From Bdellovibrio sp. ZAP7 (lineage in GTDB: Bacteria > Bdellovibrionota > FAC87 > UBA2466), in the NCBI GenBank assembly GCA_945878405.1, contig CAMCTJ010000007.1:74779-138778 (forward strand): a DNA stretch of 64,000 nt, written 5' to 3'. The notes beneath the pieces are model-generated. The model worked only from the letters and a program-made list of their open reading frames with translations. It searched no databases and was not told where the DNA came from. Shown here in pieces: positions 10,942 through 19,673 of this stretch (position 1 is the first letter of the stretch; each line of letters begins with the position of its first letter). The position numbers were made by a program, and so were the translations under genes.

Positions 10942-11501
10942 AAGACACAGTTCACTACGCTAGCCGGATGAAGCTCTTCAATCGTGAGGATTGGAAGGTT
11001 TATTTCGCTTGGATTGGGTTGATGCTTGGGCTCTTGGGATCTGTTACCGGATTTCTCGTATTTGGTTTTCTGAGTGGCGTGCAATACCCCGCCTATGTGT
11101 GGAATGTACCTATTGGGATTTTTATTTTCGTTGGAGCTATCGCTTTCGATACCATTGGCCACCGAACCGCCTACAAGCAAGCCTTGAAGACCGGAGAAGA
11201 TCTGGTTCACCACATTACGATTTTTGCCGGCATCACCAGTGTCTTCACGCTTTGTCTGGCCTATTCTCACCGGGAGTTTTTAAGAATTCCGGCCCTCGTT
11301 CTGACGGTCCTCTCTGTGTTTTACAGCGTTATTGACGAAGCAATGCATTGGGTTCGGTACATGGCCGGAAACTCCGATCGGATTGAAATGTGGAGCCATT
11401 TTTTCATTTTTGTGGGGCACCTTATCATGGTGATCGGTTGGTGGCATTGGTTCGAACAGGGGTACCCTGGAGTTTTTGAAACCCTTAAATTAATAAAATG
11501 A
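10917..11501 (+). CDS. Hypothetical polytopic membrane protein, translationally coupled to crtIB
   Basis: 194 aa with about 5-6 TM segments and several His/Trp clusters (HHITIF, HWVRYM, GWWHW). Overlaps the crtIB end by 25 nt and the next gene by 4 nt. Family not recognised. Confidence 0.45.
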   Translation: MEHSRTFLEDTVHYASRMKLFNREDWKVYFAWIGLMLGLLGSVTGFLVFGFLSGVQYPAYVWNVPIGIFIFVGAIAFDTIGHRTAYKQALKTGEDLVHHITIFAGITSVFTLCLAYSHREFLRIPALVLTVLSVFYSVIDEAMHWVRYMAGNSDRIEMWSHFFIFVGHLIMVIGWWHWFEQGYPGVFETLKLIK

Positions 11502-13603
11502 AAAAACTTACTTTCGGTCTCTTGGCGGTTCTTTTAGTCCTCCTCCTGGGAATAGTAACTATTCCGTTTTTTGTCGATGTAGATCGGTTTCGACCCGAAA
11601 TATTGGAATTGGTAAACTCGAAAATCAATGGGCATTTCAACCTGGGTAAGCTCAAGCTGACTCTTTGGGGGGAACTAGCAGTTGAAGCGGATGAAGCTAT
11701 CTTGACCGATTCGAATAAGGCTCAAATTTTATCAGTGGGAAAATTCAAGTTGCGAGTACCCCTTCGGTCATTACTCGCCATGAAACCGGAAATTCAAGTT
11801 GTGATGCAGAAGCCCAGGGTGCAGGTCAAAAGAGACCAACGGGGGGAATGGAATGTACTCACTCTTATAAAGCAAGAGAAAGCTCAGGGAGTGGTCGGGG
11901 CTCAAGTCCCAGAAGCCAAAAGCCCTGAAGTTCCCAAAGCCGCGATAGAGGCAAAAGCTCCAGTGACAGAAGTCGGTCCTTCTTGGGCCCAGCAGGCTAC
12001 CGTTTCAATTTCAATCGAAGAGGCGGCTCTTAAGGTTGAGGATTCGAAATCACATTCTCACTATGAATTGGATCGGTTGAATTTAAAAACCGGATCCTTG
12101 TCCCTTGATTCTCTTCCCATGTTTAAGCTTTCTGGAATTTTAGGGGCTTTAACTGAAGGGCAAGGAGAGATTACTGGTCCGTTCGAAATTAACGGCGAGA
12201 GCAAAGATAAGGCCCTTAATCTTTCAGCGAACTTTGACAAGGTTTCTTTGGCCCTGGGTGCTTTTCAAAAAAAGAGTGGTTCTCCCGCTCGCCTTCGCAT
12301 GTCCATTAAAAAGACGAACGATACCTACTTGGCTGAAGGTGAGTTAGAGCCAGTCAAAGTAGGAGGAAACTATCTTAAGCAAGACGTTGAAGTAACGGCC
12401 CAATGGAAGGCTACAACTGATGCAGTTGAAAAGGCAGTTCTAAAATTAAAGGCAAAGGCTTTTGATTGCGAAGTCTCCACTCAAGTTAAATCCTTTGAAA
12501 ATCCTAAAATCATGGTGAATGTCCTTTCGAATGAAATGAACCTAGATGAGTTAGTGGATTGGGTAAAAATGAAAAACGCTTCTCCACCAGCCCGAAAAAC
12601 AATCGATAAGGGGGAGGCGCCGGTCCCGGTTATGCCACAATCGACAAAGGCGGCCTCGGCAACTCCAGCGACCACGGCCCCATCAACTCCCAGTGCACCC
12701 GCTAAGACTGCCTCTGGGGAAATTGTTTTCAATGCAAGGGTTATAAAACTTTATCAAATGCAGCTTGAACCAGTCAGAGGAAAGTTCCTTTTGAGAGACC
12801 AAAAACTCGCTGGTACTTTCGATGAGATTCGCCTGTGGGGCGGGAAAATCAAGGGAACAACTCAAGTAGATCTAACAATGAAAGCTCCTAAATATGCTTT
12901 TCAAGTGCAATTGGATGGATTGAGCCTTGGAGAGGCCGTCGCTTCGAAAATGGAGTTTTTCAAAAATACGATCAGGGGATCACTCAGCGGGGAAATGTCT
13001 GGCAAAGGAGAGGGAGCGGACGCTAACTCGGCAAAAAAGAGTTTAAACGCGAATGGAAAAATGTTTATCGCCGGAGCAAAGCTGAACACGTTTGATATTC
13101 ATAAAATGGTGGCCGGAGGGATTAAAGGAGCTTACGAAAAAGTCTCGGAAAAAATTCCTGCTCTTAAAGGGAAAGAGCTGAAGATGGGAGATGTTTCATC
13201 AGAGTTTAAAAAAATTACCGCTACCTTCACCATAAAAGAGGGGGAATTTCAGTCGCCCGATTTTTTTGCTGAGGCCATTCCCCAAAAAGGAGTGGACATC
13301 AAAGGAAATATGAAAGTTGGACTTTTGGATTTTGCGCTCAAAGCAGATTGGGAAGTTTACGATACTTATAATCTTTTGCATGTCGACCCGATTTTAATCG
13401 AGCGTGGAAAGCCCTTCCGAATTCCTATTTCAGTCGGGGGAACGTTGCTCAGTCCGGAATACAGTTACCTCCAGATTCCAGAAGCTTTGGTTCAAGTCGC
13501 GCTAAAAAACCTGGGAGCTGCAGCTCAAGAAAAAGCCACTCAGGAAATAAAGAAGCAGGCCGAAGGACAAATCAAAAATATTCTCAAAGGGATTTTTAAG
13601 TAA
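11498..13603 (+). CDS. AsmA-family outer-membrane biogenesis/lipid-transport protein
   Basis: 701 aa. N-terminal TM anchor 'MKKLTFGLLAVLLVLLLGIVTIPFFVDVDRFRPEI' is typical of AsmA/TamB-like proteins. Long beta-rich periplasmic region. Confidence 0.65.
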   Translation: MKKLTFGLLAVLLVLLLGIVTIPFFVDVDRFRPEILELVNSKINGHFNLGKLKLTLWGELAVEADEAILTDSNKAQILSVGKFKLRVPLRSLLAMKPEIQVVMQKPRVQVKRDQRGEWNVLTLIKQEKAQGVVGAQVPEAKSPEVPKAAIEAKAPVTEVGPSWAQQATVSISIEEAALKVEDSKSHSHYELDRLNLKTGSLSLDSLPMFKLSGILGALTEGQGEITGPFEINGESKDKALNLSANFDKVSLALGAFQKKSGSPARLRMSIKKTNDTYLAEGELEPVKVGGNYLKQDVEVTAQWKATTDAVEKAVLKLKAKAFDCEVSTQVKSFENPKIMVNVLSNEMNLDELVDWVKMKNASPPARKTIDKGEAPVPVMPQSTKAASATPATTAPSTPSAPAKTASGEIVFNARVIKLYQMQLEPVRGKFLLRDQKLAGTFDEIRLWGGKIKGTTQVDLTMKAPKYAFQVQLDGLSLGEAVASKMEFFKNTIRGSLSGEMSGKGEGADANSAKKSLNANGKMFIAGAKLNTFDIHKMVAGGIKGAYEKVSEKIPALKGKELKMGDVSSEFKKITATFTIKEGEFQSPDFFAEAIPQKGVDIKGNMKVGLLDFALKADWEVYDTYNLLHVDPILIERGKPFRIPISVGGTLLSPEYSYLQIPEALVQVALKNLGAAAQEKATQEIKKQAEGQIKNILKGIFK

Positions 13604-13608
13604 GAATT

Positions 13609-13683
13609 TGGTTGGGGCGCCAGGATTCGAACCTGGGAATGCTGGAATCAAAATCCAGTGACTTACCGCTTGTCTACGCCCCA
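13609..13683 (-). tRNA. tRNA-Gln (anticodon UUG)
   Basis: Reverse complement reads UGGGGCGUAGACAAGCGGUAAGUCACUGGAUUUUGAUUCCAGCAUUCCCAGGUUCGAAUCCUGGCGCCCCAACCA. It has a cloverleaf with a GGUUCGAAUCC T-loop and anticodon loop UUUUGAU. Very close to the E. coli tRNA-Gln sequence as I recall it. Confidence 0.85.
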
Positions 13684-13743
13684 CCAGGGACAAGCCCGGA
13701 AAACACTATTTCTAACGAAATTTCTGCTGTTTGTCTCTGAGAT

Positions 13744-15540
13744 TTAAAGAGATTTCTGTGGTGCGGCGAGTCGCAACCCTTCATGGATGAGTTTCGCGAT
13801 ATCGGAGGGGCTCTGTTTTGCTTGGACAAGAAGCCTTTCTTGTAAGTGTTCTCCCAAGGCCCGGCTTCCCTCAGCTTGAAGCAGAGAGGAGTTCAGGAGC
13901 TCTAAAATTTCCACATTTAAAAGCCATTCTTCAGGAGTTTGCGAAAGGATTTGGCCGCTCATCTTCTTTAGCTCGGTCACAGAGGCTTTGGCTTCATCTC
14001 GCATTTTTCGAAGGCTGTCGTAGAAAACGGACACTTTATTTTCTAAAGCAGAGTAGGGAGAAGCCCTTCCCGGAGAGGTACTGACTTTTCCCAGCTCGTA
14101 CTCACCATAAAGTTCTCTCTCGGCGGGGCCTGCATGAACCGAAACTGCTTTTTCACCTACGACTTGATCAAAGTCTCCCCATTCGGGCTGATAAAATACT
14201 TCACTGCCTCGGCTCACCCGACAGTTTTTCCATTGAATCAAAACTAGTTTGGCTTCAGAGCGGACCCAATCCATTAACTCGCCTTCAATCACAAATCCCG
14301 ACACAAACTCCAATCGGCAGCGAGCCCCTTTTTTAAGTCCGATTCGTGTGAGTTCATCATCATTCAACTCACTTGCGGGTTTTTGGGGAGCCGCCTTCCA
14401 TCTTCCCACTGGGGAACTAAATCCTTCAGGGTGTCTCTCCCGGCCTTGACCGGGGAGTTCTTTTTCAGCACAAGCAATCTGAACAGGGCCTTGATACTTT
14501 ACGAAATGCAGCTCATTTTTCTCTTCAATGAGTTGACAGAGATCTCCGCTGATAGAAGCCCCTTGCTCAAAGACACAAGTTGTAATCGTTCCCGAGCGCA
14601 GTGCTTTTTTCACAGACTCCACGCCGCCCACACGATAGCTTAAAGTTTCTTCGAGCTCGACCAATACAGCCGGCAGGTGCTCGAGAGATTCCGCCACAAA
14701 AAGTTGGGGTTGGGGCTCTGTAATATCATAGGTCTGATGCACGCAATCGATTGATAGCCGAATTTTTTTAACTTCCGGGCTCAAGCAATGTTTACTTTCA
14801 GCCACCGAAGAAAGAAGTCCAGCCCCGTAAATTTTGGGGTGTTTTAAATCTCCCACCAGCCCATATTCGGCAGTCCACCAATTCATGCGGGCAACCCTAT
14901 TGAGCTCGCTGATTTCAGAAATAGCTTTGATTTTTAGTTCTAAGTTATTTTCAGCTTCTTTTAGTTGCTCTTGCGTAGTGTCGGGATTTTCTTTGATATC
15001 CGACATCACTCGCACAGCTTCGTAGAGTGAAATATCTTCTTTGGTTTGCAGGGCCTTTTTTGCCATCCTTGCATACTGCTTGAAATAATCTCGGTAGAGG
15101 GGATCGGCCAAAATCGGTAAGTGGCCAGCAGCTTCATGAACAATATCGGGAGCCGGAGTATAACCAACATGTTCTAGCGTGCGCATATCCATCGCAATGG
15201 GCATGATCCCGCGAGCTTGAAAATCCAGAAATGCCGATGGGGGAATAAATCCGCTCACGCCGACTGCGCCCCACCCGAAATCTCGTAAACATTTATCAAT
15301 GTCATCAATTTTCGGAATTTTCTCTAAGCTAATCCCCGTTTTCTTGAGACCTTCCCTATAAATCGGAACCGCATGGTCTTTAAAAAAATCTCGGGCTTGT
15401 CTTAAGATATATCTCCAAGTGGATTGTTCGCGGGCAGTATAGCGAGCATAGTCTTGCCCTTTACAATACTTTTTTAAATAACCCGGAATGCGTTCTGAGG
15501 CTGGCATGGGTCCAATATACAATGACCTTTTCCTTTTCAC
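13744..15540 (-). CDS. Aromatic amino-acid (phenylalanine-4-) hydroxylase-like protein with ~300-aa C-terminal extension
   Basis: 598 aa. 'FGWGAVGVSGF...YTPAPDIVHEAAGHLPILADP' matches the biopterin-dependent hydroxylase iron-binding core (PDIxHExxGHxP). The C-terminal half is unassigned. Confidence 0.65.
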   Translation of the reverse strand: MKRKRSLYIGPMPASERIPGYLKKYCKGQDYARYTAREQSTWRYILRQARDFFKDHAVPIYREGLKKTGISLEKIPKIDDIDKCLRDFGWGAVGVSGFIPPSAFLDFQARGIMPIAMDMRTLEHVGYTPAPDIVHEAAGHLPILADPLYRDYFKQYARMAKKALQTKEDISLYEAVRVMSDIKENPDTTQEQLKEAENNLELKIKAISEISELNRVARMNWWTAEYGLVGDLKHPKIYGAGLLSSVAESKHCLSPEVKKIRLSIDCVHQTYDITEPQPQLFVAESLEHLPAVLVELEETLSYRVGGVESVKKALRSGTITTCVFEQGASISGDLCQLIEEKNELHFVKYQGPVQIACAEKELPGQGRERHPEGFSSPVGRWKAAPQKPASELNDDELTRIGLKKGARCRLEFVSGFVIEGELMDWVRSEAKLVLIQWKNCRVSRGSEVFYQPEWGDFDQVVGEKAVSVHAGPAERELYGEYELGKVSTSPGRASPYSALENKVSVFYDSLRKMRDEAKASVTELKKMSGQILSQTPEEWLLNVEILELLNSSLLQAEGSRALGEHLQERLLVQAKQSPSDIAKLIHEGLRLAAPQKSL

Positions 15541-15568
15541 CAGGACTGAACTGGGTTACACCCCTGGT

Positions 15569-15958
15569 ATGTTTCCGCAAAAGATTTGGACCCTGGTCGT
15601 TCTACCGAATTTGCTTTTGGTCATGAGCCACGCTTTTCCGAGAACAGATCGGAAGCAATTTGATGAGGGATATTTAGCAAAAGACCAACAGCTGTGGATC
15701 AAATATGAGGGTCCAGGAACTTCCCGATTTCAGGGTGTCTGGGCGAACTCTCTCAATCAAAAAAACATCACTGGGATTCGGGAAGGAAATGAATGGGTGT
15801 TTCAATCAGGACACACTTGGTGGAAAGCCCAACTCAGTGAGGGCGGCTCACGGTGCGAGCCAGTGCTGCAGATTCAAAACATTACCAGTCAAGAAAAACC
15901 TATCCAGTTAAGAGCCAATTATTGTGGTCGCAACTCAAAAAGGAACGTCTTTTTTTGA
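15569..15958 (+). CDS. Small secreted hypothetical protein
   Basis: ORF 15488-15958. The internal Met at 15569 gives signal peptide MFPQKIWTLVVLPNLLLVMSHA. The 5' part overlaps the divergent hydroxylase start. No homology recognised. Confidence 0.3.
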   Translation: MFPQKIWTLVVLPNLLLVMSHAFPRTDRKQFDEGYLAKDQQLWIKYEGPGTSRFQGVWANSLNQKNITGIREGNEWVFQSGHTWWKAQLSEGGSRCEPVLQIQNITSQEKPIQLRANYCGRNSKRNVFF

Positions 15959-16081
15959 GTTGGCAACTTGTTTTTTGAAAAATAAAAAAGATTTTTGTTT
16001 GACCCTTTGTGGTGGGATTTGCTAAAAATCGTGCTCTTGTTAAACATGTAGTTTTGTCCCTATTGAGGAGGAAAAGAAGTC

Positions 16082-16354
16082 ATGAATAAAGCGCAACTTG
16101 TTGAACAACTAGCAACTGAATTGGAAATGACCAAAGCAGATTGCGAAAGAGTTATTGATGGAACCTTAGACATCATTCGCAAATCAGTAAAAAAAGGTGA
16201 CGATGTGACTATGGTTGGTTTTGGAACATTCACTCGTTCCAAAAGAAAAGCTCGTACAGGACGAAATCCTCAAACTGGCGCAAGCATCAAAATTCCTGCT
16301 TGCACAGTACCTAAATTCCGTCCTGGAAAAGCATTCAAAGATTATCTGAACTAA
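16082..16354 (+). CDS. hup: HU/IHF-family nucleoid DNA-binding protein
   Basis: 90 aa. 'MNKAQLVEQLA...GFGTF..R..R.GRNPQTG..I.IPA...P.F.PGKA' is the canonical HU fold signature. A GGAGG RBS lies about 8 nt upstream. Confidence 0.9.
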   Translation: MNKAQLVEQLATELEMTKADCERVIDGTLDIIRKSVKKGDDVTMVGFGTFTRSKRKARTGRNPQTGASIKIPACTVPKFRPGKAFKDYLN

Positions 16355-16387
16355 GAGATCTTTGGTTTATAGCTTTTTATATAAAGA

Positions 16388-16429
16388 CCCTGCTTGTTTA
16401 AGAATCTTCTTAGCAAGCAGGGTTTTTTA
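16388..16429 (+). terminator. Rho-independent terminator after hup
   Basis: Perfect 9-bp stem CCCTGCTTG / CAAGCAGGG (16388-16396 and 16414-16422) followed by TTTTTTA. Confidence 0.6.
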
Positions 16430-16583
16430 TTGACGGAGGAGTCACGATGTTGACGCTTCTGTCTTGAGACTTCTGGTTACTCAGGCAGTGAGAAACCATA
16501 CTGAGGAAATAATTTCCTGCTAGAAAAGGAAAAAATAGGTCCTTAACTCACCCAGTCTGCCGGAGCACCGCCTCTCAAATCTT

Positions 16584-16598
16584 TGGCACAAGAGATGC
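16584..16598 (+). promoter_or_regulatory. Candidate sigma-54 (-24/-12) promoter TGGCAC-N5-aTGCt immediately upstream of flgF
   Basis: TGGCACaagagATGCT with GG/GC spacing of 12. The -12 element ends only about 14 nt before the flgF ATG, which implies a leaderless or very short leader. Low confidence. Confidence 0.25.
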
Positions 16599-16611
16599 TT
16601 CTTCTACCTTT

Positions 16612-17487
16612 ATGGACAAAGGTATATACACAGCATTATCGGGCGGATTAGCCAAATCTCGCGAAGTAGAACTGATCGCCAATAATTTAGCTAATGCAAC
16701 CACACCGGGTTTCAAAAGAGACACCGGAACCTTCAACGAGTACCTCACTGAGTTGCGCCGAGGGGATTCGGTAGATGGCCTTCAAAGAGAAATTCAAAGC
16801 CTTTCTGATCCTGATGCACGTCCCACCGGTGATAAAAGTTTTGTGGAATTAGACGGGGTTTACACCGATTTTAAACAAGGGACGCTTCAAAAATCGGGTC
16901 GGGCACTCGATGTTGCGATTGAAGGAACAGGTTTTTTTGAGGTCCTCACTCCAGCTGGGATTCGTTACTCGCGCCAGGGAAATTTTAGCATCGATAGCGA
17001 GGGCAGACTCGTAACGACAAGTGGCTTTCCGGTTTTAAGCAAGGCAACTCAAGGTCAAGCAGCAGTTTCCCAACTTGAGGTACGAGGAGCGCCTCCCGTG
17101 ACGGGACAAGTTCCTGATCGGCAGCCGGATGCTCAAGCCAGAGTCATTCAACTGGGGCAGGGCCCTATTCAAATTACTGAAGACGGAAGAATTTTGCAGA
17201 ATGGAGCTGAAGTAGCTTCTCTGAGTGTTGAAGAATTTCAAGAATCACAGTGGTTAGAAAAAATGGGGAACAGTTATTATCGAAACACCCATCCTGGAAA
17301 TCTTAAAAACGGAGTGACTACAAGCAAGCTCCACCAAGGCTTTATTGAAGGATCAAACGTAAATCCCGTGACGGAGATGACAAGACTCATTGAAGCCACG
17401 CGTGCCTATGAGTCTCATATGCAGGCCGTAAAAACGTATCAGGATATTGATAGCAAAAGCGTAAACGACATCGTCAAAGATAGATAA
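16612..17487 (+). CDS. flgF: Flagellar basal-body rod protein FlgF
   Basis: 291 aa. 'MDKGIYTALSGGLAKSREVELIANNLANATTPGFKRD' is the rod-protein N-terminal motif, with a conserved C-terminal rod domain. Confidence 0.85.
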   Translation: MDKGIYTALSGGLAKSREVELIANNLANATTPGFKRDTGTFNEYLTELRRGDSVDGLQREIQSLSDPDARPTGDKSFVELDGVYTDFKQGTLQKSGRALDVAIEGTGFFEVLTPAGIRYSRQGNFSIDSEGRLVTTSGFPVLSKATQGQAAVSQLEVRGAPPVTGQVPDRQPDAQARVIQLGQGPIQITEDGRILQNGAEVASLSVEEFQESQWLEKMGNSYYRNTHPGNLKNGVTTSKLHQGFIEGSNVNPVTEMTRLIEATRAYESHMQAVKTYQDIDSKSVNDIVKDR

Positions 17488-17498
17488 AGGAGCGAACC

Positions 17499-18281
17499 AT
17501 GATTAGCGCCCTCAATAGTGCAGCATCAGGTATGGAAGCCCAGATGGCACAGATCGATAGCATTTCAAACAATCTCGCTAACGTAAATACAACTGGATAC
17601 AAAAAGAGCCGAGCTGAATTTCAAGACCTGCTTTATGAAACGCTTCAAGAACCAGGAGCTAATACTTCTGCCCAAACCCAAGCGCCCGTTGGGATTCAAA
17701 GAGGAATGGGAGTCAAGGTTTCGGGAACTCAAAGAAACTTTGAAATCGGAAGCCCCGTATCTACTTCTCGAGACCTAGATATGATGGTCCGGGGAGAAGG
17801 TTTTTTTATGGTTCAACTCCCTACAGGTGAAACCGGCTACAAAAGAGATGGATCTTTCTATCAATCTTCCGTGGGCCGTGTTGAAACCATTGATGGATAT
17901 CCCCTTCAACCAGAAATAACGGTGCCTCAGAGCGCAAAAAGAATTGAAATCACAGATGATGGAGTCGTCTGGGCGATCATGAGTGAAACGGAAAGGCAAC
18001 AGCTTGGCCAGCTTCAATTAGCTACTTTTCTGAACAATGGTGGTTTGAAAGCAATGGGGAAAAATATTTTCCTCGCAACAGAAGGCAGTGGTCCGGCTAA
18101 CATTTCTGTCCCCAATCAAGCTCCCGTGGGCGGAATCATGCAAAGGTATTTGGAGTCATCCAATGTCGACGTCGTGAAAGAGATGACAGATATGATTTCT
18201 ACTCAGAGAGCTTTTGAAATGAATTCGAAAGTAATCCAAACCGTAGATCAAATGCTCCAGAACACGACTGGGATAAGGTAA
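17499..18281 (+). CDS. flgG: Flagellar distal rod protein FlgG
   Basis: 260 aa. 'MISALNSAASGMEAQMAQIDSISNNLANVNTTGYKKSRAEFQDLLY' and C-terminal 'SNVDVVKEMTDMISTQRAFEMNSKVIQT'. Confidence 0.9.
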   Translation: MISALNSAASGMEAQMAQIDSISNNLANVNTTGYKKSRAEFQDLLYETLQEPGANTSAQTQAPVGIQRGMGVKVSGTQRNFEIGSPVSTSRDLDMMVRGEGFFMVQLPTGETGYKRDGSFYQSSVGRVETIDGYPLQPEITVPQSAKRIEITDDGVVWAIMSETERQQLGQLQLATFLNNGGLKAMGKNIFLATEGSGPANISVPNQAPVGGIMQRYLESSNVDVVKEMTDMISTQRAFEMNSKVIQTVDQMLQNTTGIR

Positions 18282-18285
18282 CCAA

Positions 18286-18966
18286 GTGAAAAAAATATTT
18301 GTTTCATTTCTCTTCGGTAGCTTGTTAGGGGCAGCACCCGGTCCGATAAGATCTCAGGTTCCCTCAAAGCTCGAGCAGGCCATTCAAGAAAGTGCACGAC
18401 GGGATTGGCCAAATGCTAGTCGAGTTGAAGTGAGCCAAATCAATAATCGAGGAAAAGTACCGGAAAAAGCTGCGCTCATGAGTTTACAGCCTCGTCCCGC
18501 ACTGGGAGCAGTAAGTTTTGAGCTTGCTTGGGAAGAGAAGGGCGAACCCAAGAGCACGTTTGGTACTGCAATCATCCGAGTCGAAGAGCCCGTGGCAATT
18601 GCAACTAAAAATCTGAACCCCGGTGATCCCCTAGATGAAGAAGGGATTCGATTTGAAAACCGAGAAGTCTCTCGTTTCTCAAAGAACGGTATTTTTACCC
18701 AGACTCATGAGCTAGAGAATAAGATAGCAAGAACCTTCATTCGGTCAGGCAGCATTGTGAATCCGACTCAAGTCGAAACCCCGTCTGAAATCAAGCGAGG
18801 GGAAATGGTGGATTTACTCTTCGAGAACACACAACTGTCGATTAAGGCTCGAATGAAAGCTTTGGATAATGGTCGAACAGGGCAGTGGATTCGAGTTGAA
18901 AATCAGAACAACAAAAGAATTGTTCGAGCTAAAGTAATTGATCAAGGTCGAGTAGCACTTAAGTAA
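18286..18966 (+). CDS. flgA: Flagellar P-ring assembly chaperone FlgA
   Basis: 226 aa with signal peptide and a C-terminal SAF-like region. Sits between flgG and flgH as in many flg operons. Confidence 0.6.
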   Translation: MKKIFVSFLFGSLLGAAPGPIRSQVPSKLEQAIQESARRDWPNASRVEVSQINNRGKVPEKAALMSLQPRPALGAVSFELAWEEKGEPKSTFGTAIIRVEEPVAIATKNLNPGDPLDEEGIRFENREVSRFSKNGIFTQTHELENKIARTFIRSGSIVNPTQVETPSEIKRGEMVDLLFENTQLSIKARMKALDNGRTGQWIRVENQNNKRIVRAKVIDQGRVALK

Positions 18967-18980
18967 GTCAAGGAGAGAGA

Positions 18981-19673
18981 ATGAGAATCGCTTTTTACGG
19001 AATCGTTCTGGTTTTATTAGGGGGATGTTCTTGGTTTACCCCTTCCAAAAATGAAGTGGAAATTCAACCTCCGCCAAAAGTAACTCACTATCCTCAACAA
19101 AAACCGAAGAAAATCCAAAGAGAGTTAGGTTCTCTTTGGAGTGAAGATTCCAGCTGGAACCAAATGTATTCCCCCACGCAAACGCGAGCTCCAGGCGATA
19201 TCGTAACAATCAAACTTGATAAAAAATTTATGGCCCGTTTAGAGCAGGCTATCAAACGACCTATTCCTGAGCCACTGGCTGAAACGGAAAATAAAGACGG
19301 TAAGAAGGATAATAAAAAGGATGCAAAAGGAGCGAAGGCCACGCCCGCAGAAGTGGCTAGCGCTCCTGTTGCTCCAGCGGAAGCTGCCTCCGAGGGTCGC
19401 GGACCGGCCTCTGCCAAAGCGCCTTTAAAAATTCCTGAAACAGTTGAAGTCACTATCATCGAGGCTTTGCCCAGAGGAGGCTACCGGGTCGCAGCTAATC
19501 ATGGGTTTAAACCAGCTGATGACTCACCCTTCGTTTACATTCAAGGCGTCTTAAGAGAGCGAGAAATTGCATCTGATGATACAGCCACCTCTGATGCTCT
19601 GTTAGATCTTAAATTTGAAAGTATTAAGCGAGACATGAAAGTGACTACCTACGATGAAGGGGATGCGCAATGA
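18981..19673 (+). CDS. flgH: Flagellar L-ring lipoprotein FlgH
   Basis: 230 aa. Lipobox 'LLGGCS', 'SLWSEDS' and the conserved 'GDIVTIKL' motif of FlgH. Confidence 0.8.
   Translation: MRIAFYGIVLVLLGGCSWFTPSKNEVEIQPPPKVTHYPQQKPKKIQRELGSLWSEDSSWNQMYSPTQTRAPGDIVTIKLDKKFMARLEQAIKRPIPEPLAETENKDGKKDNKKDAKGAKATPAEVASAPVAPAEAASEGRGPASAKAPLKIPETVEVTIIEALPRGGYRVAANHGFKPADDSPFVYIQGVLREREIASDDTATSDALLDLKFESIKRDMKVTTYDEGDAQ

Noticed and set aside
10938-11335. ORFs 10938-11270 (minus) and 10991-11335 (plus)
   Set aside because: They overlap the TM-rich 194-aa protein that is translationally coupled to crtIB. The alternative frames are Arg/Trp-rich junk.
12481-13693. Small ORFs antisense to the AsmA gene and over the tRNA-Gln
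   Set aside because: Antisense to a supported gene or overlapping a tRNA. No coding signal.
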